Below, piece after piece: positions 11,409-19,293 of a stretch of DNA of 64,000 nucleotides. This stretch comes from an uncultured Candidatus Saccharibacteria bacterium. GTDB lineage: Bacteria > Patescibacteriota > Saccharimonadia > Saccharimonadales > 2-12-FULL-41-12. Position 1 is the first letter of the stretch. Every line of letters begins with the position of its first letter. The notes under the pieces were generated by a model. It was not told the origin of the DNA. It did not search any database and worked only from the letters and a program-made list of their open reading frames with translations. The translations under genes and the position numbers were made by a program. Where the stretch lies: positions 15,999-79,998 of the forward strand of contig CAZYMH010000001.1 of assembly GCA_964648105.1 (NCBI GenBank), given 5' to 3'.

Positions 11409-12106
11409 CTTCTTGGTCGCCGCTGATTATTCTGGGTTCGATCAGAAAATATTATTGGCTTATCGATAATTTTCGCATCAACAGGTGATTGCGACTCAAG
11501 TATATCTTTAACGACTCTTATTTGCTCATCAGCTAGCGGTTCAGGAAATTCAAATTCGCGGATATTTAATGATTTTAAGTATCCAACTATATAAATTCGC
11601 TCTCTGGCTTGCGGTAATCCATAATCGCTTGACCTTAACACTTGATAAAAAACTTCATAACCTAGCTCGTCGAGTGTTTTTAGGATAATCTTTAGTGTTC
11701 TGCCACTATCATGTCTTGCAAAATTCTTTACGTTTTCAAGCAAAAACATTTTAGGCTTTTTGGCATTCAAAATTCTGGCTATGTCGAAAAATAACGTTCC
11801 CCTAGTATCGTCGAAGCCATATTGCTTACCAGATATACTAAATGCCTGACAAGGAAAGCCCGCCAACAAAATATCATGATTCGGTATAGTTAACTCATCA
11901 ATTTTTGTAATATCGCCAGCTGGAAATTCACCAAAATTTCGCTGGTAAGTTTTGGTCGAGTTTTTGTCCCACTCTGAACTAAAAACGCATTGACCACCAA
12001 GCTGTTCAGCCGCAATTCTAAAACCACCAATTCCTGCAAAAAGGTCAATAAATGTAAAGCTCTTCTTACGACTTTGCCAGCTTTTTTTAGTTGTTTTTGC
12101 AGACAT
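11405..12106 (-). pseudogene. C-5 cytosine DNA methyltransferase, 3'-truncated (motifs I-VIII, no TRD/IX/X)
   Basis: Contains FIDLFAGIGGF (I), GFPCQAFS (IV), LLENVKNF (VI) and GLPQARERIYIVGY (VIII). It stops after 233 aa with no GNxV motif X. The stop abuts and overlaps the stop of the convergent fragment at 11405-11408. Confidence 0.7.
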
Positions 12107-12285
12107 TTATTTACTTAGTAGTTGCTATAGATCGCTCATTTTAAGCAACTGACACCTCTTATTCACGTTTATTTAAGTTATCTTTATTATAACAAGATTT
12201 TTAGGTTACAGCGTAATAATTTATTTGCTGTTACAAACCATAAGCATATAATTAGTTATAGAATCGAAAGGATTTATTAATTATT

Positions 12286-12930
12286 ATGTTTAAAAAATTA
12301 AGTTTATTCATCGGCGTGGCTTTTTTTGCGACCGCTTTAGTGACACCAGCAATATCATATGCAGTAGATGATAATGAGCAAAAACCAGAGCAAACACAGT
12401 CTGAAGATAGATCAGGCAGAGATAATACAAAGGCAGAGCGAGAACGCACCGAAAAATCTGAAAAAGTAAGCGAAAAAGAAAATGAAGTCGAAAAAGCTAC
12501 CCAAAAAGAGAAAAAGGTAGCCGAAAATAAGCTCAAAGCTTGCGAAAATCGCCGTGAATCAGCCAAAAAAATCATGGAGCGTATCAGCAACAGAGGCGAA
12601 AAACAAATTGAGGTGTTTACCAAAATATCAGATCGAACTCAAGAATTTTACAAACAAAAAGGCTACAATGTCGCAAATTATGATAGTTTAGTAAGCGATG
12701 TAAATGCCAAAAAACAAGCGGCTCTAGTTGCTACAGAAAATACCAAAAAGTCCGCTGAAAAATTTGTATGCTCAAGCGATAATTCTGTAGGCAATTCTGC
12801 GGTATTTAAAAATAATCTAAAACTTCAAATTCAAGCAATCAAAGATTACAAAACGTCCGTAAAAAATCTTATTGTTGCAGTCAAATCAGCTAACCCAAAT
12901 AAGTCAACTGGCAGTCAGGAAAGTAATTAG
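12286..12930 (+). CDS. secreted K/E-rich (coiled-coil-like) hypothetical protein
   Basis: 214 aa with signal peptide MFKKLSLFIGVAFFATALVTPAISYA and then a charged helical region. AAAGGA RBS upstream. The stop lies 1 nt before the next ATG. Confidence 0.6.
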   Translation: MFKKLSLFIGVAFFATALVTPAISYAVDDNEQKPEQTQSEDRSGRDNTKAERERTEKSEKVSEKENEVEKATQKEKKVAENKLKACENRRESAKKIMERISNRGEKQIEVFTKISDRTQEFYKQKGYNVANYDSLVSDVNAKKQAALVATENTKKSAEKFVCSSDNSVGNSAVFKNNLKLQIQAIKDYKTSVKNLIVAVKSANPNKSTGSQESN

Positions 12931-12931
12931 C

Positions 12932-13228
12932 ATGAGAATTAATCATAAAGGTTTTTCGATAGTTGAGATAGTTATTATTGTAGTAGTAGTTTTTATTATC
13001 GGATTTGCGATTTATGGAGTCGCCAAAAACCTTAACGGATCAACAAGATCGATTACTCAAAGTAACAATTCTACCGCTGAAAGCTCAGTAGCTACTGACG
13101 TCCCCTCGGCCCCACAGATAAAGACTTCCGAGGACTTAACTACCGCCGAAAAAACTCTGGATGCGACCGATCCTTCTTCTTCCCAAGATAAAGATTTAAA
13201 GCAATTAGACTCGACTCTCGTTTTTTAA
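12932..13228 (+). CDS. prepilin-type N-terminal cleavage/methylation domain protein (type IV pilin / pseudopilin-like)
   Basis: Internal ATG of the 12872..13228 ORF. MRINHKG|FSIVEIVIIVVVVFIIGFAIYGV is a class III signal peptide (G-1, F+1, E+5) followed by a hydrophobic helix. 98 aa. Confidence 0.7.
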   Translation: MRINHKGFSIVEIVIIVVVVFIIGFAIYGVAKNLNGSTRSITQSNNSTAESSVATDVPSAPQIKTSEDLTTAEKTLDATDPSSSQDKDLKQLDSTLVF

Positions 13229-13447
13229 TAAAACCTATATTATAAGTTAATTAACAGGTATTAATTTGTAGTTTGATTATAAATAAATATCAGGCGAATT
13301 ATTTTTATTAATATAATCCCTCTCAAAAGAGTTTAAATTGTTGTTTGTTGATTCAGTTTTCATTGTTACCTCTACTTTGCTTAGTTAATGTAAAAGTATT
13401 TATATGATAAATTGGATAAGTTTAAAATTCTGTACTCTAGACAACAA

Positions 13448-14284
13448 TTAATAATTACCTTTTATTTCGCAGTACTCGCCAAGCAATTTGACCTTGCAAC
13501 CTGATTTTTTGATCTCGTCTAACATCTCATCATGGTCATTAGGTAACTCGTAATCTATATAAAATTTATAATGGCGTTTATCACCAGCAATCGGATGACT
13601 ATCAAGTTTGGTAAGATTAGAGCGATGGCTATTAAAAATACTTAACACGTTAAGTAATGAGCCTGCATTATGAGAAGTTTGGACTATAACTGAGCCATGA
13701 GTAGGTTTAGTTTCTAAGTCATTTTTGCCTTTTTGGAATAAGACAAATCTTGTGTAATTGCTTGGGTCATCTTGAATTGCCTCGGCAATCACAGCCCCGC
13801 CGTTCATCTGACACGCAAAATCACCAGCAACGGCCAGTAAGTTGGTTTGTTGAGATTTTACTACTAAGTTCACTGCACTGGCGGTATCATCATATTCTTC
13901 ACGTTTAGCGTTGGGCAGATTTTCAGTTAACCAGCCATCGACTTGAGCTAGGGCAACTGGATGCGAAGTCACTACTAGGTCGTTTTTAGCTCTTAATTCC
14001 TCTAAAGACATCTGTTGGCAGCCGACTAAATTTTGTTTGATATGCAAAGTTATCGTTTTTGTTATCCATAAATCGTCGCTTTTATCTAATAGGCCATAGA
14101 TTTCGTTGATTGAGCCATGAATGCTGTTTTCGATGGCGACTAAGCCAAGGCTAACTTCGCCGTTATTTATAGCCGAAAAAACATCTTTAAATCTCTTTTC
14201 GGGTACTACTTGGGCGTTTTTGTCTATAAGATGGGCAGCTTGATCATGAAAAGACCCTGCCACACCTTGAATTGCAATTTCCAT
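13448..14284 (-). CDS. pheA: prephenate dehydratase
   Basis: 278 aa. The PDT domain has ENSIHGSINE and NYTRFVLF (TRF motif). The C-terminal ACT-like domain has GSLLNVLSIF and LTKLDSHP. Confidence 0.85.
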   Translation of the reverse strand: MEIAIQGVAGSFHDQAAHLIDKNAQVVPEKRFKDVFSAINNGEVSLGLVAIENSIHGSINEIYGLLDKSDDLWITKTITLHIKQNLVGCQQMSLEELRAKNDLVVTSHPVALAQVDGWLTENLPNAKREEYDDTASAVNLVVKSQQTNLLAVAGDFACQMNGGAVIAEAIQDDPSNYTRFVLFQKGKNDLETKPTHGSVIVQTSHNAGSLLNVLSIFNSHRSNLTKLDSHPIAGDKRHYKFYIDYELPNDHDEMLDEIKKSGCKVKLLGEYCEIKGNY

Positions 14285-14447
14285 ATCTAACTATTCTAAC
14301 AAAATGTCTATAGTATTGCTAAAAACTCACTTTTCTTTTAGTAAAGAGTAAGTTTTTGTTATAATTAGAAAACTAAGATTATAAATTTTAACTCAGTTAG
14401 TAAATGATTAACTGTTTCAAATTTTTTAGTTTAGTAATTGCTAGTCT

Positions 14448-14550
14448 AGTCCTTTTGCTCAGTTGCCATGGGCAGAGGCCTGAAGAGTGTAGCCTTGAGC
14501 TTTGTAATATTGGTCCCCTAAGGGACACAAGGCTCGAAATCTGTACTTCA
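14448..14550. repeat. scrambled tRNA-Phe-derived fragments (5' half in + sense, variable/T-stem piece in - sense)
   Basis: 14457-14465 GCTCAGTTG and 14472-14487 GCAGAGGCCTGAAGAG match the D and anticodon arms of the adjacent tRNA-Phe exactly. 14522-14535 is the exact reverse complement of its GAGCCTTGTGTCCC segment. Confidence 0.6.
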
Positions 14551-14566
14551 TATTTAAGTTAAGTGT

Positions 14567-14642
14567 GGCTCTTTAGCTCAGTTGGTAGAGCAGAGGCCTG
14601 AAGAGCCTTGTGTCCCCAGTTCGAGTCTGGGAGGAGCCACCA
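14567..14642 (+). tRNA. tRNA-Phe (anticodon GAA)
   Basis: GGCTCTTTAGCTCAGTTGGTAGAGCAGAGGCCTGAAGAGCCTTGTGTCCCCAGTTCGAGTCTGGGAGGAGCCACCA. Canonical cloverleaf with anticodon loop CTGAAGA and encoded CCA. Confidence 0.9.
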
Positions 14643-14693
14643 AAGTACATTTCAAAATCTAGCTAATTTTATTAACGAAGCTTGATAGACACT

Positions 14694-14790
14694 AGGCTCT
14701 TCAGGCCTTAGCCTTCAGAGGATAAATATTTTAGCTAAAGGCTTCTGTCCCCAGTTCATATCTAGGATGGAGCCACCAGAGTACATTTTA
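14694..14790 (+). repeat. decayed partial copy of tRNA-Phe (inverted anticodon arm plus degenerate 3' half and flank)
   Basis: 14694-14708 is the reverse complement of the tRNA-Phe anticodon arm. 14746-14757 TGTCCCCAGTTC, 14769-14778 GGAGCCACCA and the flank AGTACATTT repeat the tRNA 3' half and its downstream flank. The T arm is disrupted (TTCATATCTAGG). Confidence 0.6.
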
Positions 14791-14826
14791 AGAATTTTAA
14801 TTTTATGTTAAAATATGTAAATGTTT

Positions 14827-14903
14827 GGGTGATTAGCTCAGTTGGCTAGAGCATCTCGTTTACACCGAGGGGGTCGGGGGTTCGAGTCCCTCATCACCCA
14901 CCA
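14827..14903 (+). tRNA. tRNA-Val (anticodon TAC)
   Basis: GGGTGATTAGCTCAGTTGGCTAGAGCATCTCGTTTACACCGAGGGGGTCGGGGGTTCGAGTCCCTCATCACCCACCA. Anticodon loop TTTACAC, encoded CCA. Confidence 0.9.
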
Positions 14904-14906
14904 ATT

Positions 14907-14940
14907 AAAAAAGACTATTTTTTTATGAATAGTCTTTTTT
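14907..14940. terminator. bidirectional rho-independent terminator
   Basis: Perfect 9-bp stem AAGACTATT (14911-14919) / AATAGTCTT (14928-14936), flanked by an A-run on the left and a T-run on the right. It sits between the tRNA cluster (+) and a convergent small ORF (-). Confidence 0.7.
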
Positions 14941-14959
14941 AATTATCAAATGTTTTGAA

Positions 14960-15130
14960 TCACACTCCTGAGAATGGTCCATCGGTTTCTGGATTATAAG
15001 GACGAGTAACTGCGACATAGCCTACTTTAGCTACCACATCTTTAGGCACTACACCTTTTGCCTCTTCATCTGGTCCACTAAAGCCATATTCTTCAACTGC
15101 AACTTTTTCTCTAAATTCAATTTCTTCCAT
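14960..15130 (-). CDS. small acidic hypothetical protein (56 aa; below the ORF-track length cutoff)
   Basis: Manual translation: MEEIEFREKVAVEEYGFSGPDEEAKGVVPKDVVAKVGYVAVTRPYNPETDGPFSGV*. AAGGAG sits 8 nt upstream of the ATG. Terminator-like hairpins bracket it on both sides. Confidence 0.5.
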   Translation of the reverse strand: MEEIEFREKVAVEEYGFSGPDEEAKGVVPKDVVAKVGYVAVTRPYNPETDGPFSGV

Positions 15131-15153
15131 TATTTTATCTCCTTATATAAATT

Positions 15154-15180
15154 AAAAAACTTCAGTTAGTGGCTGAAGCT
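15154..15180 (-). terminator. rho-independent terminator (minus strand)
   Basis: Minus-strand CUUCAG-CCACUAA-CUGAAG followed by UUUUUU (forward A-run 15154-15159). It lies downstream of tRNA-Leu(GAG) and upstream of the small ORF. Confidence 0.45.
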
Positions 15181-15359
15181 TGTTGATAACCTTATTTGAC
15201 TGTACTTTAGTGAGTTATATTACTCCAAGCTTCAACCTTATCAAAGCACAGCCCATTCAGACTGAGTCTAAGTAACTGCAAGCAATTAATATAACTCAAA
15301 TTCATACTTCTATTTTACAAAAAATAAATCCAAAACATCAAATTAAAAATTAATAATTT

Positions 15360-15446
15360 TGGTGCGGATGAGAGGACTTGAACCTCCACGGGATTACTCC
15401 CACTACGACCTCAACGTAGCCTGGCTACCAATTACAGCACATCCGC
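15360..15446 (-). tRNA. tRNA-Leu (anticodon GAG)
   Basis: Reverse complement GCGGATGTGCTGTAATTGGTAGCCAGGCTACGTTGAGGTCGTAGTGGGAGTAATCCCGTGGAGGTTCAAGTCCTCTCATCCGCACCA. Long variable arm; anticodon loop TTGAGGT. Confidence 0.9.
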
Positions 15447-15529
15447 TTAAGATAAAAAAGGTTCAAGTAATATTATATAGGACTTGGTCACCTCTGGCGA
15501 CCCCGAAACTTCCGCCTTTGAAAACCAGT

Positions 15530-17167
15530 TTAAGTTCGCGGCATATGCGAGTAAAGATGCTGTAACGAAAATTGATGGCGAACTAACGGCATAATTGAAT
15601 CTTTGTCAACATCGATTTTTACACCGCTATTGAGAATATTAAAGGGGTCGAAAATTTTCTTTATCTTTTGGAACAACTCATAAACTTCATCGCCATACAT
15701 GTCTTTTAGGTACGGTCCACGCAGACGTCCATCGTTATATTGAGCAGACGTACTACCACCAAATTCTTTAACTAGACTATAATATTCGTCCATAATCTTA
15801 AACGTTTTTTGTCGATCTCCGAGTTGAGACAAGTCAAGCAACGGCTGTACATGCAAATTGCCCTCGCCGATATGTCCCCACATGGTGACAGGCGTGCCAT
15901 GACCTTGAAACATCTTGTATACTCTCTCGATAAATTCGGTCACTTTTTCGACTGGTACAATGCTGTCATCGATAATCGGCAGAGCTTTGGCACTACCATT
16001 CCCATGAGCTACAACGGATGCTACACTCTGCCGTAATTTCCATAATTGTTCAACCTCTAGCTCTTCAGATTCCATTTTGTAGCTTAGTTGTTTGCGTTCT
16101 AAAATCTTACAAACTCGCTTAGCCATTTTGCTTTGAGTTTTGGTCGAAATATTATCGAATTCGATCAGCAGTGCAAAGTGCGGAAACGGATGCTTAACAA
16201 TATCACGAAGCTGATTAGGATTGAACTGATTAACATAATTAAGGAGTTTATTGTCGACCATTTCGATTGAGCTTGGCGGTTTGGGAAGTTTTTTGAGTTG
16301 AGATATCAGGTCTTGCAACTCCCCTAAATCATCGCAAAAAGTAGCTATTAGTGTACTAGCTGGGTTATACGGCTCTGTCCGTAAGGTTATTTCAGTAACA
16401 ACACCTAAAGTGCCTTGGCTACCAATAAATAGTGGCGACAAATCAAAACTACCGTCTTTTCGTTTGACTTGGCTGATAGCATAACCAGCCGAGTTTTTCT
16501 CAAGATTTAACTTTGTTTTCTCAATTAACTCTTTGTTTTCTTCGATTAAGGTGTCTAAAGCTCGATAAATTTCGCCCTCCAGTGAGGCTAGACCCATTTT
16601 TTTGCTTAGCTCGCGTTTGGATAATCGTTTAGTTTCAATCGCCTCGCCATTGGCCAAAACCACTCTCATACACTCCACATAATTAGCGGTGGTGCCATAT
16701 TTTACACTCTTTATGCCACCTGCGTTGTTGGCAACTGCTCCGCCTAAAGTCGAATATTCGATAGATGCTGGAAATGGTGGCAAAAAACGACCATGGGTAT
16801 GTAGTGTCTGTTGCAACTTAGCGTAATTAAGCCCAGGTTCGACTGTCACTGTGCCGCTCTTGGTATCTAGTTCCAAAATCTTATTCATATGAGCAGGAAA
16901 AACTAAAACTACACCTTTGCCAATCGCTGCTCCAGACTGATCAGACCCAGATCCACGAGCGGTGATCGGGATTACTCGGCCACGTTCGGCTAATTGCCAT
17001 GTGAATCGAGCAGTTTTACGAACGTCATTTTCATTACGTGGGTAGGCGATTATCGATGGCACAACCTCAAAAATGCTACTATCGGTCGAAAAGTAACGCC
17101 TCGCATCATCACCAACAATGATTTCACCGACTAAATGTTCCTGCAAATAGTGTGCGACCTTATTCAT
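15530..17167 (-). CDS. FAD-binding oxidoreductase (PCMH-type FAD domain; GlcD / D-lactate dehydrogenase-like)
   Basis: 545 aa. The N-terminal FAD_binding_4-like region has ITARGSGSDQSGAAIG and TLGGAVANNAGG. The C-terminal FAD-linked oxidase domain has HIGEGNLHV. Confidence 0.8.
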   Translation of the reverse strand: MNKVAHYLQEHLVGEIIVGDDARRYFSTDSSIFEVVPSIIAYPRNENDVRKTARFTWQLAERGRVIPITARGSGSDQSGAAIGKGVVLVFPAHMNKILELDTKSGTVTVEPGLNYAKLQQTLHTHGRFLPPFPASIEYSTLGGAVANNAGGIKSVKYGTTANYVECMRVVLANGEAIETKRLSKRELSKKMGLASLEGEIYRALDTLIEENKELIEKTKLNLEKNSAGYAISQVKRKDGSFDLSPLFIGSQGTLGVVTEITLRTEPYNPASTLIATFCDDLGELQDLISQLKKLPKPPSSIEMVDNKLLNYVNQFNPNQLRDIVKHPFPHFALLIEFDNISTKTQSKMAKRVCKILERKQLSYKMESEELEVEQLWKLRQSVASVVAHGNGSAKALPIIDDSIVPVEKVTEFIERVYKMFQGHGTPVTMWGHIGEGNLHVQPLLDLSQLGDRQKTFKIMDEYYSLVKEFGGSTSAQYNDGRLRGPYLKDMYGDEVYELFQKIKKIFDPFNILNSGVKIDVDKDSIMPLVRHQFSLQHLYSHMPRT

Positions 17168-17226
17168 TATCCCCCTTTATATACTTATTGTATATTTTAG
17201 CATAAGCAAAAACTGAGTAATAGTGT

Positions 17227-19005
17227 TTATTGTTTTTTTACCATACCTGTTTTTATGGTCCAATTAATCACATTGCTATACCTATCGACTGGCGTTTGCA
17301 TATTTTTTACGTCGAAACCTTTTAGAACTGGACTGGCGATATATGTATATTCTGGTGAATAAAGGGCTAGTGCAGGTGCATCATCTCGCCATGCTTGTAA
17401 AAAAGGCTTATATTTTACTACTCTTACAGCGGGGTCGGATCTTGTCCGTCCAGCTTCTAATGCCTTGTCGGCCACTGTAGATTTATACTCGCTTAAATTT
17501 AGTCGAGTCTCGGACTTAATGCTGCCTTGCGTGCTGTGCCAAAATGCGTAAACATCTGGGTCCGAACCAATCGAAATTCCATATAGCAGGGCATCATAAT
17601 TATGTTGAGATACAATACCGCTAATATCTTGTTCGTTTTCTAGGTTTACCTCAACTTGAATACCATTTTCTCGCCATTGTTTTTGTAAGCTGGTGGCTAC
17701 CGACGTATATTCGCTATTTGCAACACTGGTCAATACAAATTTGAGTTCTTTGCCATCTTTCTTGCGATTTTTGGTTACAGGATCAATTTTCCAACCTAGT
17801 TTATCAAGTTCGGCTTGAGCCTCAGCTTTTTTGTTGAATATTTGAGAAAATTCACTACTGTAACCAACCTGATTTTTGAGCAGAGGCCCATCGACCGAAT
17901 TTGGCTTAAAAGATAGTTGGTTTAAAACTTCATCTTTATCAATCAATTTAACCAAAGCCTGCCTCAGTTGCTTATCAGCCAAAAGCTCTTGAGAATTTTT
18001 GAAAAATACCATTACTTGGCCACTTATAGGTATATCATAGACACTGCTTTCAGTTTTTAGGCTATCTGGTTTATTTTTTAGGCCAGAAATTGCATCGATT
18101 TCTCGGTCGTTATAAGCTGATATTACTTGGCTTTCTTCCTCATAAGATACAATTGTGATTCGATTTAACTTCGGTTGACCTAAGGCGTATTTGGGATTAG
18201 ATTTTAGAGACAGTGCGTTGTTATTTTTTTTGGTATTTTCTTCAAGCTGGATTTGCGAAAACATAAATGGACCACTACCAATAGGATCTTGAGTATTAAA
18301 AATATTTGATCTTAGCTGATTAGCTGGAATTTTGCCCAAAATATGTTCAGGAATAATCCCAACCGTCAAAGATTGATTGAAGCTACTCAATGCTACACTC
18401 AAGCGAAATTCAACAGTTAATTCATCGATTTGCTTAACCTCAACCGCCCTCCAACTTGGTAATAAATACGACTTTGTTTCGAGGTTTTTTATCGAATTGA
18501 TAGTATAAACCACATCTTTGGAGGTTAATTTTTGACCATCGTGCCATTTTAAATTTGGTTTAAGTTTAACTGTATAGACTGTCTCGCTAGCGTCTAAGCT
18601 GTATTTTTCAGCTAGCTCAGGGGCTAACTTGCCATTTTCATCGTATTTATACAGCCCTGCAAACACTAAGTGCGACACAGATGAGTCAATATCACTTTGG
18701 GCAAATAAAGGGTTAAAGTTACTAAATTTACCAATTATTCCTTCGCGGTAATTACCTCCCGATACTGGTCCATTTACTAAATAAAATTTCTCGAGGCTCA
18801 GGGCTTGAGCAGCTACCACCCCAATCAATAAAATAATTAGCAGTAGCCAACCAAGCACGAATCGCCTGACTTCAATTAGTCTAGCCAGCCGCTTGATCAA
18901 GTATCTATCAAAATTGTCATCAGCCGTGTTGGTAATTTTCATCACTTGTTTTTGGCTTTTTTTGAATTTGCGTTCAATCGAAAGCTGATTTTTTTTACGT
19001 AACAT
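17227..19005 (-). CDS. ABC transporter substrate-binding protein, family 5 (peptide/nickel type), membrane-anchored
   Basis: 592 aa with an N-terminal TM helix (FVLGWLLLIILLIGVVAA). Its size and motifs (LKPNLKWHDGQKLTSKDVVYT, GSGPFMF) fit SBP_bac_5. No partner permease or ATPase genes are adjacent. Confidence 0.75.
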   Translation of the reverse strand: MLRKKNQLSIERKFKKSQKQVMKITNTADDNFDRYLIKRLARLIEVRRFVLGWLLLIILLIGVVAAQALSLEKFYLVNGPVSGGNYREGIIGKFSNFNPLFAQSDIDSSVSHLVFAGLYKYDENGKLAPELAEKYSLDASETVYTVKLKPNLKWHDGQKLTSKDVVYTINSIKNLETKSYLLPSWRAVEVKQIDELTVEFRLSVALSSFNQSLTVGIIPEHILGKIPANQLRSNIFNTQDPIGSGPFMFSQIQLEENTKKNNNALSLKSNPKYALGQPKLNRITIVSYEEESQVISAYNDREIDAISGLKNKPDSLKTESSVYDIPISGQVMVFFKNSQELLADKQLRQALVKLIDKDEVLNQLSFKPNSVDGPLLKNQVGYSSEFSQIFNKKAEAQAELDKLGWKIDPVTKNRKKDGKELKFVLTSVANSEYTSVATSLQKQWRENGIQVEVNLENEQDISGIVSQHNYDALLYGISIGSDPDVYAFWHSTQGSIKSETRLNLSEYKSTVADKALEAGRTRSDPAVRVVKYKPFLQAWRDDAPALALYSPEYTYIASPVLKGFDVKNMQTPVDRYSNVINWTIKTGMVKKQ

Positions 19006-19022
19006 ACTTTGGTTAACTTAAT

Positions 19023-19235
19023 TTAGGCTAAAACTATCATCAAAAGCGATAGCGAAAATACAATTGCAGATAAAATTGTAATTTGGTGGATAGTTTTGTC
19101 GGTTCCACGACGAACAATATTCACTTCACCACCACCTCCAAGTCCAGCACCTAGCCCTGCACCTCTAGTCTGAATCAAAATTAAAATAGTCATAATCACC
19201 ATTGAGCCAATTGCAATGTATCCAAATATACTCAT
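19023..19235 (-). CDS. secG: preprotein translocase subunit SecG
   Basis: 70 aa with two TM helices flanking a Gly-rich loop (LIQTRGAGLGAGLGGGGE), the typical SecG layout. Confidence 0.75.
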   Translation of the reverse strand: MSIFGYIAIGSMVIMTILILIQTRGAGLGAGLGGGGEVNIVRRGTDKTIHQITILSAIVFSLSLLMIVLA

Positions 19236-19293
19236 TTATTCTCCTTTGCTTGGTTTATTACAGTTTAGCAAAATTTAACTAGTTGTAGCAAGG

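Noticed and set aside
13277-13363. 28-aa minus-strand ORF (MKTESTNNNLNSFERDYINKNNSPDIYL) with GAGGT upstream
   Set aside because: It is very short and low-complexity (N-rich, as expected from AT-rich DNA). It lies downstream of pheA with no supporting context.
14285-14566. Idea that the tRNA-Phe-like fragments form a T-box or tRNA-sensing leader for pheA
   Set aside because: I could not find the conserved T-box sequence (AGGGUGGNACCGCG-like) or a specifier-loop/antiterminator arrangement. UAGGGGACCA on the minus strand is better explained as a deleted T-arm plus CCA of a tRNA-Phe copy. It is kept only as a curiosity inside the tRNA-Phe finding.
15359-15565. 68-aa plus-strand ORF
   Set aside because: It overlaps tRNA-Leu(GAG) in antisense and the 3' end of the oxidoreductase gene.
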